In this document: positions 1 through 12,689 of the stretch, piece after piece
Layout of the letters: every line of letters starts with the position of its first letter
Numbering within the stretch: position 1 is the stretch's first letter
Assembly (NCBI GenBank): GCA_003427395.1
Contig: BFEA01000026.1
Span: forward strand, 3,733,006-3,797,005
Reading direction: 5' to 3'
DNA length: 64,000 nucleotides
Origin: Chara braunii
Taxonomy: Eukaryota; Plantae; Charophyceae
The notes under the pieces: generated by a model
Told to the model about the DNA's origin: nothing
The model's input: only the letters and a program-made list of their open reading frames with translations
Databases searched by the model: none
Translations under genes and position numbers: made by a program

Positions 1-313
1 CCCAAAAAAAAAAAACAAAAAGCCAAATTTCCGTTTTTTCACAAAAATAAATGACCATTTACCCCTTTTTTAAATTTTCATTCAAAAAAATTGTATTCCG
101 TGCCAAAATAAAAAATAAAAAATGCGGGCATGTAAACAGATGCCTACACAACACAACTCCAAGAAAATAAAAAACCATCCCCAGCCAAAAAAAAAAAAAA
201 AATGCTCCCCGCTTCCCGTGACTGCTGTGACCGCCCGGCAGTCACCATTTTTGTGAACGGTGCCCGGGGTCCCGTCACAGACCCCCCCGTTCATGAACGG
301 GGGTGCGGCACAG
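1..313. mobile_element. Probable right end of a non-autonomous hAT-like DNA element
   Basis: A/T-run-rich body, then GC-rich subterminal GTGAC/GTCAC/CCCG repeats ending ...GGCACAG. Same terminal CACAG and layout as the element ending at 38089. The other end lies outside the window. Confidence 0.3.
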
Positions 314-1998
314 AATGGGACAATTCCGGTGGTGCACAGTTTCTGTATGCTTCGATCCAACAAAATAATGTTTTCCTTTTCAAAGGCTGTGTATTGTGAG
401 CATGGAGCAGTTGTTCGATACATAATGTTACACTGTTCGTGCATTTGAGAAATTGAGAGTCATCGTCTTCTTTTTTTTCTTTTTCTTTTTTCGTCTGCAC
501 TCTTGGTAGTTGGATGACAGACGGCGAGAGATGCTGTGCTGCGTCATGCACAAGATCAGGAAAGTTCTGAATGTCACATCAGCAAATTGCCACATGGAGT
601 TACCAAAGCTGCACATTTTAAACAAAGGTTGCCGTACTGTATGTCACACAAGTGGATGGCACGATGCACGATCATTTTTTTGTGGCGGGAGGAGAACAAA
701 AACATAGGGAAATCTCATTCCGCACCTGTGTTCCGAGCACATACCAACACTTGGCATACCATGACACATTTGAACCAAAGAATCGAATGCAAAACATGAA
801 AGACGTTGATGGCCCACATTTAAAAAAGCACTACGCCAAAAGACTGTTCCACGGTGATGTAAACATAGAGAAGATGTGGTGTCATCAGTTCACGAAGGAG
901 GATGACAAACATCGTAACCGCCGGACCTTAAAATGGACTTGCATGCCCGCTACCTACCCATCAAAACTGCAGGTCAGCGACTGCGACCCACTGACCCGAG
1001 CACCTAGACAGAAACCGAAGTGGCCAGCCATAGGTGGGCACCCCCAACAAACGGACACAGTATTTTAAGCGGGGAAAAAAAAACACGAAAAAAACAAACA
1101 AACGGCGGTGCGCAACTCCGAACGGCTACCCTGGAACACAGAGCTACCTAGAGCCGGCCACGGAATCGGCCTCCATACACATACTTCTCCTCAACTGATC
1201 AGCGACCGCCGTGACGTCACAGCGGTTGGTGTCCGGCAACACGACTGGCTGCGATGAAGGCGATCTGGTAACAGCGGGCACCCGCCTCCGCGGAGGTGTG
1301 CGTTGAGTCGAGTCACGTCGCATGTGACCCACCGAAACTGTGACACTGGCGACGGCTCCTCCTCGCCTGCAGCCAGGGCTCTGCACAGTTGTGATGAAAC
1401 AGTCGGGCTCTACAGGGGTATGGTTGGAGTCCCCTTCGTAAAGTGATAATTACTGCTGCAGGCGTGCCACTTCCTCCCTCAGAAGAGCAACAGCTCGCTC
1501 CGCAGCTTCGGCTCTTGAGACGGCCAACCCCTCTCTAATGTTTGCCTTCTCCACCTCGCCTTGCAGACGTTACAGGCTAACAGCTCCTCCACCATACTCG
1601 ACACGGGAGTGAACAACAACCCCCCGCTTTTGCGTGAGCTCATGTGCTTGTTCGATGAGCCGTCTGTCGGTTAGCACAAAATCTCTGGCCATGTCCACAA
1701 CCTCTCCAATACCGCTCATCGGAGAACTTCAAGACAACACTTTGCCACCACGCGTGCGCGCTTTCTTTCAGGAATCCTGGAAGAAAGCCATTAGCAATGT
1801 GACACGCACAGATCGAACTGCCGCAGCCACGAACCCGCACGGTGTGCGCAATTAGCCCAGAGGATAACCAAAAATTTAGAAAAGATTATGATGAGAAATT
1901 TGCACACACACACATACAACCAAACACTACATGTGTGGAAACAAACGGACCAATTACAGACAGCTCCAATGGTCCACCCATGGCACATGACGTCACGA

Positions 1999-3253
1999 TC
2001 ACCGGCCATCGTTCGCGCGACCATCACCGTGACAATGCCTGTCGCACTCCGGAGGAAGTCCCACCATCGCACCTGAAAGGATCGCGAAGCATTGCAACAG
2101 CGTCCTGTTACCGTCCTCCGTGGTCTTGTTCATTCCGTCCATGGCGTGCACGAAACTCCCTGCGATCTTGTCAGGATGACGGTCGTTTGCGTCGACAAGA
2201 GCATGTGCTATGTTGGCGAATGAACCTCCCCTTGATGCGTCAGCTGAAGTCTCTGGTGCAGAATGCCGATTGTGGCCGCTCGCTCCCCCTGTCCGCCGAG
2301 ACTTGGAACCCTCTGCGCTGTCACTATCCGCTGTTCGCCCATTCCCTCCATTCTCACTGCCTCCGCCGATGTCTTCATCATCTGTGACAGTGTTGGTATG
2401 CCCTCTCTGCAGAATGACACAGTGGATCATGCCCTCACATGAACTGTCCGTCTTCCCAAGCTTCCATTGCAGAGCTTCGAACATGTTACATGTGTTTCTC
2501 GTATGTCAATGGAAGGCCATTCTCCTTTTTATCGGAATGTGACATGTCCCAGTAGCTTGGCTTGCCAGATTCGCCTGTGTAATCCCGGATCTTTTTTGCT
2601 TTGTCAAGAAGGGCATAGAACTTTTCCTCGCAGCCCTCCATGTCGCGTTTCAGGAAGCCTTGCTCGACCATTCTGCCAATAATACAATCGTACTTCTCCC
2701 GTCTCCCCCTGATCTTCTGCCTCCCTCCCCTGCTTTACTGCATGCAGTTTTCCTCAGACAGCAGCCTCACAACCGCCATGCTCTCCTTGTCTGTCCAGTC
2801 GGGACCTCGAACTCTCGCCTTGCCCTTGCTTTGCCCCCCACGACCTCCCCTCTCCTCCCCTACAGCCCTTTTCCCACGATCCGCTCGCGGAATGGCGTCA
2901 TTAGACCGCGTAGCCCCTTCGTCGTCGATGTTGACAGTCGCAGGTCCTCCACCTTGGGTCCCAGCGATGTATACGGCAGGTTCTGTGAAAGTGTCACCCA
3001 TGCCGCCGTCGATGATGGGCTGTCCTCCACTTGAGTCATGACAATGGCTGCCCATCGGGACATCAGCACTTGTGGCGTAGGCGGGCGCCCCCGTCAGAGG
3101 TGCAGCACCAAGGTAAACTCCGGTGTCTGAACAGTACATATTTTGCGGTCGAACGTGGGTGCTGTTCGGTGGCGATTGTGCAAAAGATGGTGAAGAGCAA
3201 CCCTCCATCCGGGGGCCACGTACGTGTTCGGTAACCCCCCACCCACCCCTCAT
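1999..3253 (-). pseudogene. Myb/SANT-like (trihelix-type) DNA-binding protein, disrupted; possibly Harbinger-associated
   Basis: Joined ORF fragments read RVRGPDWTDKESMAVVRLL...MVEQGFLKRDMEGCEEKFYALLDKAKKIRDY...SYWDMS...MFEALQW, with internal stops and a frameshift. Confidence 0.75.
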
Positions 3254-3390
3254 GACGTGGAGTATGTGGCCACCGGGGAAGGAGCAGATTGTGGCTGTTC
3301 CCCGCTCGGCCCCGTGCTAACCCATCACATGCAAACCCGCCCTCACGTGCCATCCCCCAGTTCGGATATGGTGATTGAACTCCTGCATTC

Positions 3391-3393
3391 TTT

Positions 3394-3424
<31 letters not shown>

Positions 3425-3485
3425 GAAAANAAGGCTCCAATCTATTCGTGGGGAGCAGCACGTGCTGGGAACCGGGCCCAGCGTC
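3391..3485 (-). repeat. Short dispersed double-hairpin motif followed by an A-run
   Basis: Minus strand reads GCTGGGcccggttCCCAGC-acgtgct-GCTCCccacgaatagattGGAGC then poly(A). Related plus-strand copies at about 47851-47950 and 48060-48130. Confidence 0.6.
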
Positions 3486-4148
3486 CCATATGGAAATGTA
3501 CATAGAAGTATAAAAGTTTGAGAAACCGAGGCCATGACAGCAATTTAAACAAAGTTCAAAAACGACTCAGAACCCCCCCATCAATCCTGTTTACCTCACT
3601 CCGGCAAGCCTTACTGCAGCAGAGCCACCATCTCCGCTGCTGCTGTACCCTAACTCCATCCTACGAGCTAGCCCCCTCACTAGTAGGATGCTTAATATCC
3701 AACCATCAACTCCTCTCACCTTTTCTTGAAAAATTAAGAAGATCTCCCACTGACAGCATTGATTGGCCCAGAAACCAGGGGATTAACTGAGCAGTGAGCA
3801 GGGACTATCTTTTTTTTTTTATAAAGAAAATAGGACCTTATGGCCCTAGCTCCTTCTATTCTGGGGAGCGTCAGTCCGGCTCCTATTCCACCGGCAAGTC
3901 AAAACATGCATTACATTAAGGAACACGCACGCTTCCTTCCGTCTGGCCGGAGGATTGACTGTCAGCTTGCTGTGCAACACTCTTCCTCTCAGACCTGGAA
4001 CCCAGATCTGTCAAATAATTCTATTCTTTCTAGAAAGAGGTTGCCCCTTATCAAGCTAACGTGTGAATGTCCATTTAGCCATCCTGCTCCTGAGTCACCG
4101 CCCTCCCTGTCCCCTTTTTATCTGCCCTCCCTTTTTCTTTATGTCGTT

Positions 4149-4177
4149 AAAACCCTAAGCCCTAAACCCTAAACCCT
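4149..4177 (+). repeat. Short interstitial plant-type telomeric repeat (CCCTAAA) x ~4
   Basis: aaaaccctaagccctaaaccctaaaccct. Confidence 0.6.
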
Positions 4178-5490
4178 CGTCCACCAACCATTGATAATAT
4201 ACTTTCGGTTCTTCGGCCACTTGCTCGTTCTCCTTGAGTGATCTGTAGTCTTTTCTTATCAATGAAGTCTTGGTCTCTACTTCTCGCCTCTGAAGGGTCC
4301 CATCATTACAACAGATGTTGGTCTCCCTCGGGGGGATCCTTTCTTTCGGTGCACCTTTGGGTCTTGTCCATTTCATTCTGTACTGTCCTGCCATTGTTGC
4401 AGTCATAAGTCTCCTTCATAGAGGTTTGCTCCGGATGTCCTTTGCCCCTCCACCGTTCTCTATTGCTGGTGGTCCCTCCCTGCATTGGAATTGTGCCAGT
4501 CCTTCCACTGGATGTGGTCTTCTCGCAGGTCTGCTACTTCGCTATTTATCAACCAAATTCTGCAGAAATTCCGTCTCGCCTTCATTCGTTGATCCTCATC
4601 CTCAGTCCGTGATTGTTTAATCTTCCGCCATTTGCACAGGATTTGAGCTTGTATCATTGTCTTCGTCTCGGCCCAGACCTTCTCGCGTGGGTTAGACAAT
4701 CCTTCGATCGTTCTGCTGCATAGACCCACAGTGTCACTTTCCTTATCATCTCGAACCAGGTCCTTTCTGCCTTTTGCTACCATTCAGGGATGTTAGTCAG
4801 CAAGAGAAGTTGGATGGGTTGTTGGGGGAAGGGGGTCGGGAAAAGGGAGTCCCATAGTGTCGAGGCTCTTGCCCAGTAGTCTGTCACCTCCCTACAGAGT
4901 ATTAAGCAGTGTACTATGTCTTCTACCGCCCCTTCTGTGCAGACTGTCCACAAGTCCGAGCTGTTAGGGTCTGAGCCTTTCCCTCTGGTATGTAGCCACT
5001 GATTCACCGGTAGTGCAGCATACGTGATTAGCCATTGTAAGCTTCTGATTTTAAGTGGCCTAATAGACTTGAACTTCTTCCACTGGATCTGGGTTATTGT
5101 CTGCCTCCTGTCCCAATAAGTTCTGCCATCTTTTCTTGATGATAAGGTCTGGGTCTTTAGTTTTGAGCAGCAGCCTGTACCCCAGTTTAGCGGTGTATTC
5201 ATGAATTGGGACTTTGGATTTGATGTTCTTGGTCTTATCCGGCGTTCACATCCATTCAGCCGGGTCGAATTCTAGGTTATGGATCGCCGTGTCAGGTCTA
5301 AAGATTGTCTTTGGCCAAAAACCCAGGACCCTCACCTTTCTGAGTAAGAAGAAGTCCATTACTTCTGTTTCCACCCCGCTGTTAATGATTGTCGGCATAT
5401 TATTAGTGGACCCGGAGATCGGAAAGGAGAGGAAGGTGGCTTTGGTGGGTGAATTCTGCTGCATATGGGAGAACTGGAAGGAGCAGGGAC
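4155..5490 (-). mobile_element. 5'-truncated LINE (L1-like) ORF2 C-terminal remnant with zf-RVT
   Basis: WLITYAALPVNQWL...VCTEGAVEDIVHCLILCREVTDYW is a degenerate zf-RVT (C..C...E...H....C); frameshifted. Confidence 0.75.
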
Positions 5491-5499
5491 TATCCTAAT

Positions 5500-6793
5500 A
5501 GTAGGTAAATTTGGAAAATATTTCCCGTTGCTCCATATCGCGCTGCTCCAAAAGTGTCACCTTCCGCAAGGAGAGACGTCAAACTGTGTGGCTCTTTACC
5601 GGGACTGTACACAGATGCGTGCAGATGCTTGAACGTTGGCAAAGGTGGCAACCATTCGGCAAGGCCGTAGCAACGCATGGCATATCCGATGATCCTGTAG
5701 CGGTGGACAAACCTTGGAAGGCCAGACTGGCAATGCCTGGGTTGGATGGTGGGACTTCCTGCAGGCCTGTGTCCATGGGAGCCGGTGACGGGGATTGTGA
5801 TCAGACATACACAGGGTGTTTAGAGTGGTCCATACCTCTTATAAACGCTGCGAGCAGACGTTGGTGTTCACAGGGACGACGGCGCTGGGCTCCACGGTAT
5901 GGAAATGGAGCACCTGGGGAAAGCGAAGGAACCAGCTGCGTGCCAATTTACAGTCGGATCTGGCGGTCCTGCCACTTGACAAGGAACCAGCTGGCGCCAA
6001 TTTTGCCGTCGGATCCGGCAGTCCTGCCACTTGGCAAACAAACAGCAATGTGTGGCAGTGCTATGGACACGTGCGCGGAATGCGGCGGACATCCAAAAAG
6101 TGGCCTCGTGGCAGAAAGTGGCCATGTGGCGGAAAGTGGCGGACTTCCAACAAACGGCGATGTCGCGGAAGCGGCAGACTGCCAACTGGCCACGTGGCGG
6201 AAAGTCATACAATGCCTGGCAAGAAAGCATGAGCCACGAAGCGATGCCGGGAGATGGCTTCTTCGACTGCCGTGCTGTAAAAGCAACTGTGGTACGGTGA
6301 GGGTTGGTGACGTGTTGGATAGTTGATACGGGACGGGCACCGGCAGTACGCGAGAACATCGAATGGGAGGGGCACCCACAGTGCACACTGCCAGCCCCAG
6401 GCCGAGTTGTCCGTTGGGCTTGGGCAATTTTTCCGTGCTCGGGGCCCGTGTGGCCGTGTACTTGGACATCGGCTGGCCGCGTGCCACTTCGCACTCTTCT
6501 CACGTCGCACATCCCTTTGGACGAGCGGACGTTTCAAGACGATGATGTGGACATCAAAAAAAAAAAAAAAAAAAAAAACGGAAAACCCCGCATTTTTTTT
6601 CGGGGAAGGGTAGGGGGGGGCGTCTTCTGGCTTTCAAAAGAACTGCGTTGCCTGCAAATGTGCCCGGCTTGCCACGTCCCGAATCGTTTCCACTTCCTCG
6701 AAAAAAGAGGGCCCCCTCCGCCTCGCGTGGAAAGAGGTGTGATCCCGAAAATTACCTAAAAGTGCCTCGCCTACTAGAGGTGGGATCAAACTC
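5500..6793. mobile_element. Non-autonomous PIF/Harbinger-like element (right end clear, left end not found)
   Basis: 6540-6793 aligns with 22230-22477 and ends GAGGTGGGATCAAACTC followed by TTA. The interior is rich in GTGGC/GCCAC repeats. Confidence 0.5.
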
Positions 6794-7302
6794 TTAGTCC
6801 AAGCGCAATTCCAGGTGTCTGCAACCCCCCTGTTACTTGGTGGACAGTGGGTCCAGCGCCATTATGAATTTACATGATGAATGCAAATGAACAGATATGT
6901 GGTCGATGTAGTTGAACAGATATTCAGAGCAGGAAGTTGGAACTTTTAGATCCTTTAGAGATGTCGTAGTCTAATTGTGCTGAGTACAAGTGCAGATATA
7001 GTTTGCCTGTTATATCTGGCAAAAAAAAAAAAAACAAAAAAAAAAAACAAAGGAAATGCTTATTCTCAGGGCACCTCAACCTCCTACAGATCGAAGTCCC
7101 TAGCGCGCACAAGTCCTCCTGAGACCATGCTCTTAATAGTTCCCATTTTAGTCCTTCTCGAATTACGTTACCGTTATCGGTTCGGAGATCATCATCTCTG
7201 GCCATTTACAGCCCGATATCTCATGACAAATTCAATCGCATTTCCCTGGTTCCTGTCCTTCATTACTTCGTCGGGCGTCGACGGCTTAGGAAGTCGCTCA
7301 AA

Positions 7303-7686
7303 TTACGGAATTCGAGTGCTCCAGAGGACGGTCTTGCCTAACGAAGCCAACCTATCTCTTTCATCTTCCACCACTTCTCTCGCTCTTTCCCAATATCGAC
7401 CGTAAACGAGATCGACCTCCCTCTCTATTGGTAAATAGATCCGCACATCGTGCACTTCCGTCCCGAGAAATCGCACGGTCATTACGTAGAGACGTATCTG
7501 CTCCCAACCACTATCCACTAACTCGTATGTCTCAACTTCGTACGGGATTGGTTCTCTCCTTCCTAAGGAACTTAGCGACGCACAAACGGCCTCAAACTTT
7601 TCCCTAGTTGGCCTATTCCCTGAAAGGAACCTCTCCTTCCTTGCTTTCAATTCTTCACTCGAAATCCATCGTCCTTTACTCATCAC
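7303..7686 (-). CDS. Orphan protein, paralog of 7807-8163
   Basis: 127-aa ATG-initiated ORF with globular-like composition. EPIPYEVETYELVDSGWEQIRLYVMTVRFLGTEVHDVRIY aligns without gaps to the neighbouring ORF. Confidence 0.5.
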   Translation of the reverse strand: MMSKGRWISSEELKARKERFLSGNRPTREKFEAVCASLSSLGRREPIPYEVETYELVDSGWEQIRLYVMTVRFLGTEVHDVRIYLPIEREVDLVYGRYWERAREVVEDERDRLASLGKTVLWSTRIP

Positions 7687-7806
7687 TCACCTTCCCCAGC
7701 ATCGCGCCCTGAGTACCATATTAATCATAGGCTCCTAGTTGCTTCCATCGAGGTAACTATCGGGAATAGGCGAGCTAGGGGAAACGCTATATTCTCTTGT
7801 CTTTAT

Positions 7807-8163
7807 TCACAGGGTAACCCTCTTTCCTTCGTTCTCCAACTTTCTCTTATAGGCGTATGCTATCGTCTCTGCCCAATTCTGGCACCCCCACAATGCGCCC
7901 GTCAGTCTTCTCCCCTTCCGATTGTAAAGCCCTATATCATACTCGTTAGCTTCCACATACTTAGCCACCAGTACATAGACCTTTTCCTTTAATTCAATAT
8001 TCACTATTACAATATAGTACTCAATCACGTACGGAAAAGACTCACCCAAAGTCAAGGGAGTCCAATCTTTCAATAAGGCTTCAATGGTTGGATCACTAGA
8101 CGATGGCAACCCCCAGTTTACCCCTTCTTCCCAAGAGAATCTACTCATCAAGAGCTCAGTCAT
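7807..8163 (-). CDS. Orphan protein, paralog of 7303-7686
   Basis: 118-aa ORF containing ESFPYVIEYYIVIVNIELKEKVYVLVAKYVEANEYDIGLY. Confidence 0.5.
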   Translation of the reverse strand: MTELLMSRFSWEEGVNWGLPSSSDPTIEALLKDWTPLTLGESFPYVIEYYIVIVNIELKEKVYVLVAKYVEANEYDIGLYNRKGRRLTGALWGCQNWAETIAYAYKRKLENEGKRVTL

Positions 8164-8459
8164 TTCTAGTCCTCGGATCCATCCTGGTCCCTACTCTGGC
8201 CATTGCTGTTGGGAACTCAGCTAGGCTTTATCCGATTCCCTGAATCACTCTACTCTTTCCTCAGAAAACCACGTGAGTGCCCCTATCCCCCAGGATTGTC
8301 TCTAGCGCCTTCCTACTCAGCTTGGTCCCATTCCTCCTCCCCATAGGTTTCCTCTTCAAGTTCGTCTTCGTGGACCCCTACCTGATGATAGTAGAAGCGT
8401 AGCTCAAAGAAACCTAGGAGGGCTTGCTGGGTATTGAGGGGGTCAAAATCCTAAGTTTT

Positions 8460-9164
8460 TTATAACTCGGTCAAGCCGGCTATGTAATCGGATGACTCCC
8501 TAATAACTTTATCAAGGAAGATCCAGAACACGCTAGGTTGGTCCTCCCTTGGTGATTCCCCTGGTCCTCTGGGCGAGGCCGTTCGAATTACCTCCACCAA
8601 TTCCAAAGCCGAATCCCCAAACCTGGGTCCAGCCTTCCACAACGCGTAATAGACGTGGTGTGCGTCGTTATTCCACAAGAAGCACTCCAGTTGGAGAAAA
8701 CACCAGTGGATTTGAATCAAACGATCCAGTCCTCCAAGGAAATCTTCCAGCACAAAGACAGGGACCAGAAGTCGTAATGCCTCCTCCAGGTATGGTAGAA
8801 ATAAGTGCTCAGCCAACCTTAACGAGACAATTATCGACCTAAATCCCCCACTCCAGCGAAGCTCCTCCCTCCGGAATCTTCCTACCTCGCTCTGAAGTAT
8901 TCCCCGGACCGTCTCCTCGTCAGGCCAGGTGTGGACATCTAGGCTCGGCACGACCCCTAGCCTCGGATCCTTCCAATCCTGCTCCACCGCCCTAAGGACA
9001 ATATTTTCGAGCACAAAAGTACGATAATATAGGAGACCCTCAACGACTAGCGTAGCCGACCCCGCTATTTTCCTTCCTCTCCTGTCGTGATCAAATTCTA
9101 CCGAGGTCGCAATTAATAACCAGGCTCCAGATCGTATCCAGACTGACCTCCAAACCTTATCCAC
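8460..9164 (-). CDS. Orphan protein fragment (234 aa), probably part of a longer decayed ORF
   Basis: Long ORF with protein-like composition. Coding-like sequence continues past the stop and upstream (9200-9450, 10140-10700). Confidence 0.45.
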   Translation of the reverse strand: MDKVWRSVWIRSGAWLLIATSVEFDHDRRGRKIAGSATLVVEGLLYYRTFVLENIVLRAVEQDWKDPRLGVVPSLDVHTWPDEETVRGILQSEVGRFRREELRWSGGFRSIIVSLRLAEHLFLPYLEEALRLLVPVFVLEDFLGGLDRLIQIHWCFLQLECFLWNNDAHHVYYALWKAGPRFGDSALELVEVIRTASPRGPGESPREDQPSVFWIFLDKVIRESSDYIAGLTEL

Positions 9165-9451
9165 TCTCCTTTGGTCAGCTCGTCTGAACGCCCTTCCTGG
9201 CAGGGTGAATTCTACCCAATCCTTGCCAATAAATTTTTGCTCTCTATACTCGAATTGGCGGAGTTCAACTGGGCACTCCTCCCTGTACTGAGAATCTAGT
9301 CCTCTTCAGGCTCAACGTTTAAAATCCTAGCTCTGTGTGTTTCACCTGTGATTGCCCCCCGACGGAGTTCAGCCCCAATTCGGAAAAAGATCTGCCTCAA
9401 TTCCCTACGATTGGGTACTGCCAAGTCCAAGTAATACGTGGCCAACCACGC

Positions 9452-10067
9452 CTGTGAAACCGAGCGCTGATTGAGCGTGCGGTCGGCGCTAAAGATTTTG
9501 AGCGCCGCTCAATCCCGCGCTCAAAGCGCCTTGAGCGGGGTTTGAGCGGGCGCGGGGATATTTTTGGGGGGGGTAAAAAATGCTCAAAAACAAAAACAAA
9601 AAATATAGGGTTGTAGATCTCTTTGAGATCTACAACCCTATGTTTTTTATTTTATTTTTGGAATTTTTTCTATATTTTTAAAAAATCAAAAACGTAAAAC
9701 AAAAGGAAAAAAAAAAAGAAAGATGAAATGGGTGGGTTTTTCTTTTTTTTCACGGNNNNNNNNNNNNNNNNNNNNNNNNNNNNNNNNNNNNNNNNNNNNN
9801 NNNNNNNNNNNNNNNNNNNNNNNNNNNNGGAGATTGTTTGGTAGGCAACCAATAAACAAAAAAAAAAAAAAAAAAAAAAAGGTTGCAGATCTTTTGGAGA
9901 TCTACAAGCCCATTTTTATTTTTATTTTTAAAGTTCATATGTATGTTCAAAAAAATGAAAAACACAAAAAACCAAAAAAAAAACAAAACACACTCATAGA
10001 CAACCGCCCCCACAAACACACACACGTACGCACACACACACACACATATACACCCCCACCACCACAA

Positions 10068-10099
<32 letters not shown>

Positions 10100-10139
10100 A
10101 TATACACATACACATAAACACAAACACACACGTGCACAG
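9452..10139. mobile_element. hAT-like non-autonomous element interrupting the ORF array
   Basis: Starts CTGTG and ends CACAG, with GAGCG/CGCTC subterminal repeats. The hairpin AGGGTTGTAGATCTC-TTT-GAGATCTACAACCCT (~9607-9639) is shared with 35838-35870. Contains an N gap; no TSD found. Confidence 0.5.
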
Positions 10140-12689
10140 CTATCGAGGCCTTAAACTGGGTGGCCTTCCTAAGTTCTCTCACCAACCTTTGATGACTATC
10201 GATCCTTTCGAAGATCAACTCGGCCAGAAACCTAGGCACTGTTGTAGGCCTGACCACATTTACTCTGGGGAGCTCCCAATCGTGCGCGTATCGAACCGAG
10301 TATCGAGCTATAGTATCTGACCTTGCCGAAAATTCCCCAAACAACCGAGAACTGTACCTACGGCTGAGAGATATTAGACAAAAGAGTGTCTGACAATGCC
10401 TCACAACGTCTATCACTAGAAACTTTCACTCGTCGGATGATTAATATATTCTAATGTTCACCTTTGCAATAAGCGGCTCACTCTCTCTAATAGTCTTTAT
10501 CCCTTCTCACATAGGGTCTGGGTGAGCACTTGATCCTCACCCACAGGAAAACTCCTTCTATCACTATCAGCCCTTGCTCTCTGGTGAGTCTATACTTGCT
10601 TCTCCCTTCCAATGGCAGGCTCACGACATCAAACAGCCCTTCCTCACGTCTAAGATGGATTTGGGTGTCTAACTCAATAAATACCATTCCTAATCAACTG
10701 CCAATAGTTCTATCAACGCTCCTTTCTCTGTGCCCACTCTCGGACTGATGAGTTCACAGACCCCCGCGATAGGCCCCCACTGATCGCTCCTATATCCCCT
10801 CAAGATATCAACAGGCCTAGGAAAGAACCGCCCTCTGGCGTATCTCTCCCTACCCTCATGTCAAGAAGGAGGATTGATCAGCGTACCATCGTCGCTAACC
10901 TACCACCTTCGCCAGTAGTTGGACACGAGTCGGCCAACTCATGTGCCCTAGGGTGGAACGAAGTCACACGCGAACGAAGGGGCGGTGTCTCACTCGTGCA
11001 TCCTCACTCTCCTATCCATGCCTCTACTCGGCCCACCTCAGGCATGGTCTCTCACCGGCTCGTGTTGTGGTTTAACCCTCCAAGCTATCCATCACGATCA
11101 ACTAGCCTATCTAGTTCTCTCCCAGCTCCTTGCAAATCCGGGGCGCTTCTCCCCTCCCCTTCAATCCCTTTTGTTCGTCCCTTGCTCACAATTTTCTTTC
11201 TTAGAGTCAGATCAGGGCGGACTGACGAAAGGGTAGGGAAATATCATAACAATCTCCCTCAATCACATGAAAAACATGCAGGGAGGGAAAGCACAAAATC
11301 ATGAAAATGCAGGAATCAACAAAATCGCGAGAATGCAGAAATTCACGTCTCACCCAGGAACATCGCTCACACGTCGGTCGTCCGTTGTCCACTCACTCGT
11401 GCTCACACCGCACCTGCACACACCAAAAAATACCAGAGTGAAAAATCGGTCCAAATTAAACCTTATCTCCTACTCCTCCTGCGCCTCTGCGGTTACAGGC
11501 GGACCGAAGTCCCAAGAGGCAGCGTTCCCCGGCAACAGTGCCACTGTCAACCAGTAGAAATGATCTACCAGCATGCCGACCGATCCCTATGTGTCGCCCC
11601 GCGTCTGTCACCCATGGGAGGGAAGCTCGGGGTTCCCGTAACCTGCAAGAAAACTGGGTTAGTCCAGAACCACACAATGACCACTGAAGTGGACTGAAGT
11701 CGCGACAAAGAGAGACTCACAGACCAGCATTTGGAAGAAACAAAATACGTATTTCCATTTAGTCTAAAATAGTAGGGTCCACCGCACTGGTCCCAGTTCC
11801 AGAAATAGATCCCGTGTCAAAAACAGGAAAATCAGTTTGAGTCCCGACCGATCTTACTAACTGTCTAGGACGGATTCTCCGCCCAATAGGGTGATGCCGG
11901 TAATGTGCTCGCTCATCCCATGGAACGACGCTAGAGCTCTCCGTATCCGAGCTAGATTCTCGGGCCCACTGGGGCCATAGCTCCAAATCAAGTTTCACCA
12001 TAGGCCCGCTCGTGTTCCTGTCCTTCTCAAGTGGAGCCTTCTAAGGTCCTGCATCGCTCGTCGTGTTGTCCCAGCCGGGTTCTTGACCGATCTCGGTCTT
12101 GTCCTTGAAAAACCCAGTTCGATCTCACAAGTTTTTGTTTGACTTCGAGTGTCCCAATCAGACTCAAAAAGCTCAAGCCTGCTCTCAAATGCCCATCTTG
12201 ATCCGACGGTCTCGGTCTGAATTCCAATGTCCCAGCCTGTCCTCAAATATCTGACCCTGTCATAAAACCCGGCTCGATTCCGAAGCCCGGCTTCATCCAA
12301 AGTCCAAATCTGCGCTCGAGATCCCGGCTCAGCCTCAAGTCCCAATCTGGCCCAAACCTTGACCTATCCCAAAAGTTCCGCCTCGCCCCGAGCACCAGTC
12401 CGGCCCAAAGTCCTGCTTCTGTCGAAATCGCAGTTCCATCCGAAACCCCGACTGGTGAGATCCCTATCAAAGTTTCGGTGGATGTCCTGTCGAATCATCC
12501 TCAAGCCCTGATCAGTCCCGGTCTCCTTGCGTCTGTGCCCAAGGTCTCAGTCCGCGTTCCAAGTCGAGGTCCTCGCCATTGAGCCCGTGCGCGCCGGCGC
12601 AGATTGAACCGACCTTCCGTTGTCGTGCGCCCGTATGGTCATGCACACTGGTCCGCCTGGGCGCGTGCCCGAGCGCTTGAGCACGGTTT

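Noticed and set aside
5511-6759. Overlapping 150-270-aa ORFs
   Set aside because: GC-rich GTGGC-repeat TE interior that is open on both strands, with no recognisable domain.
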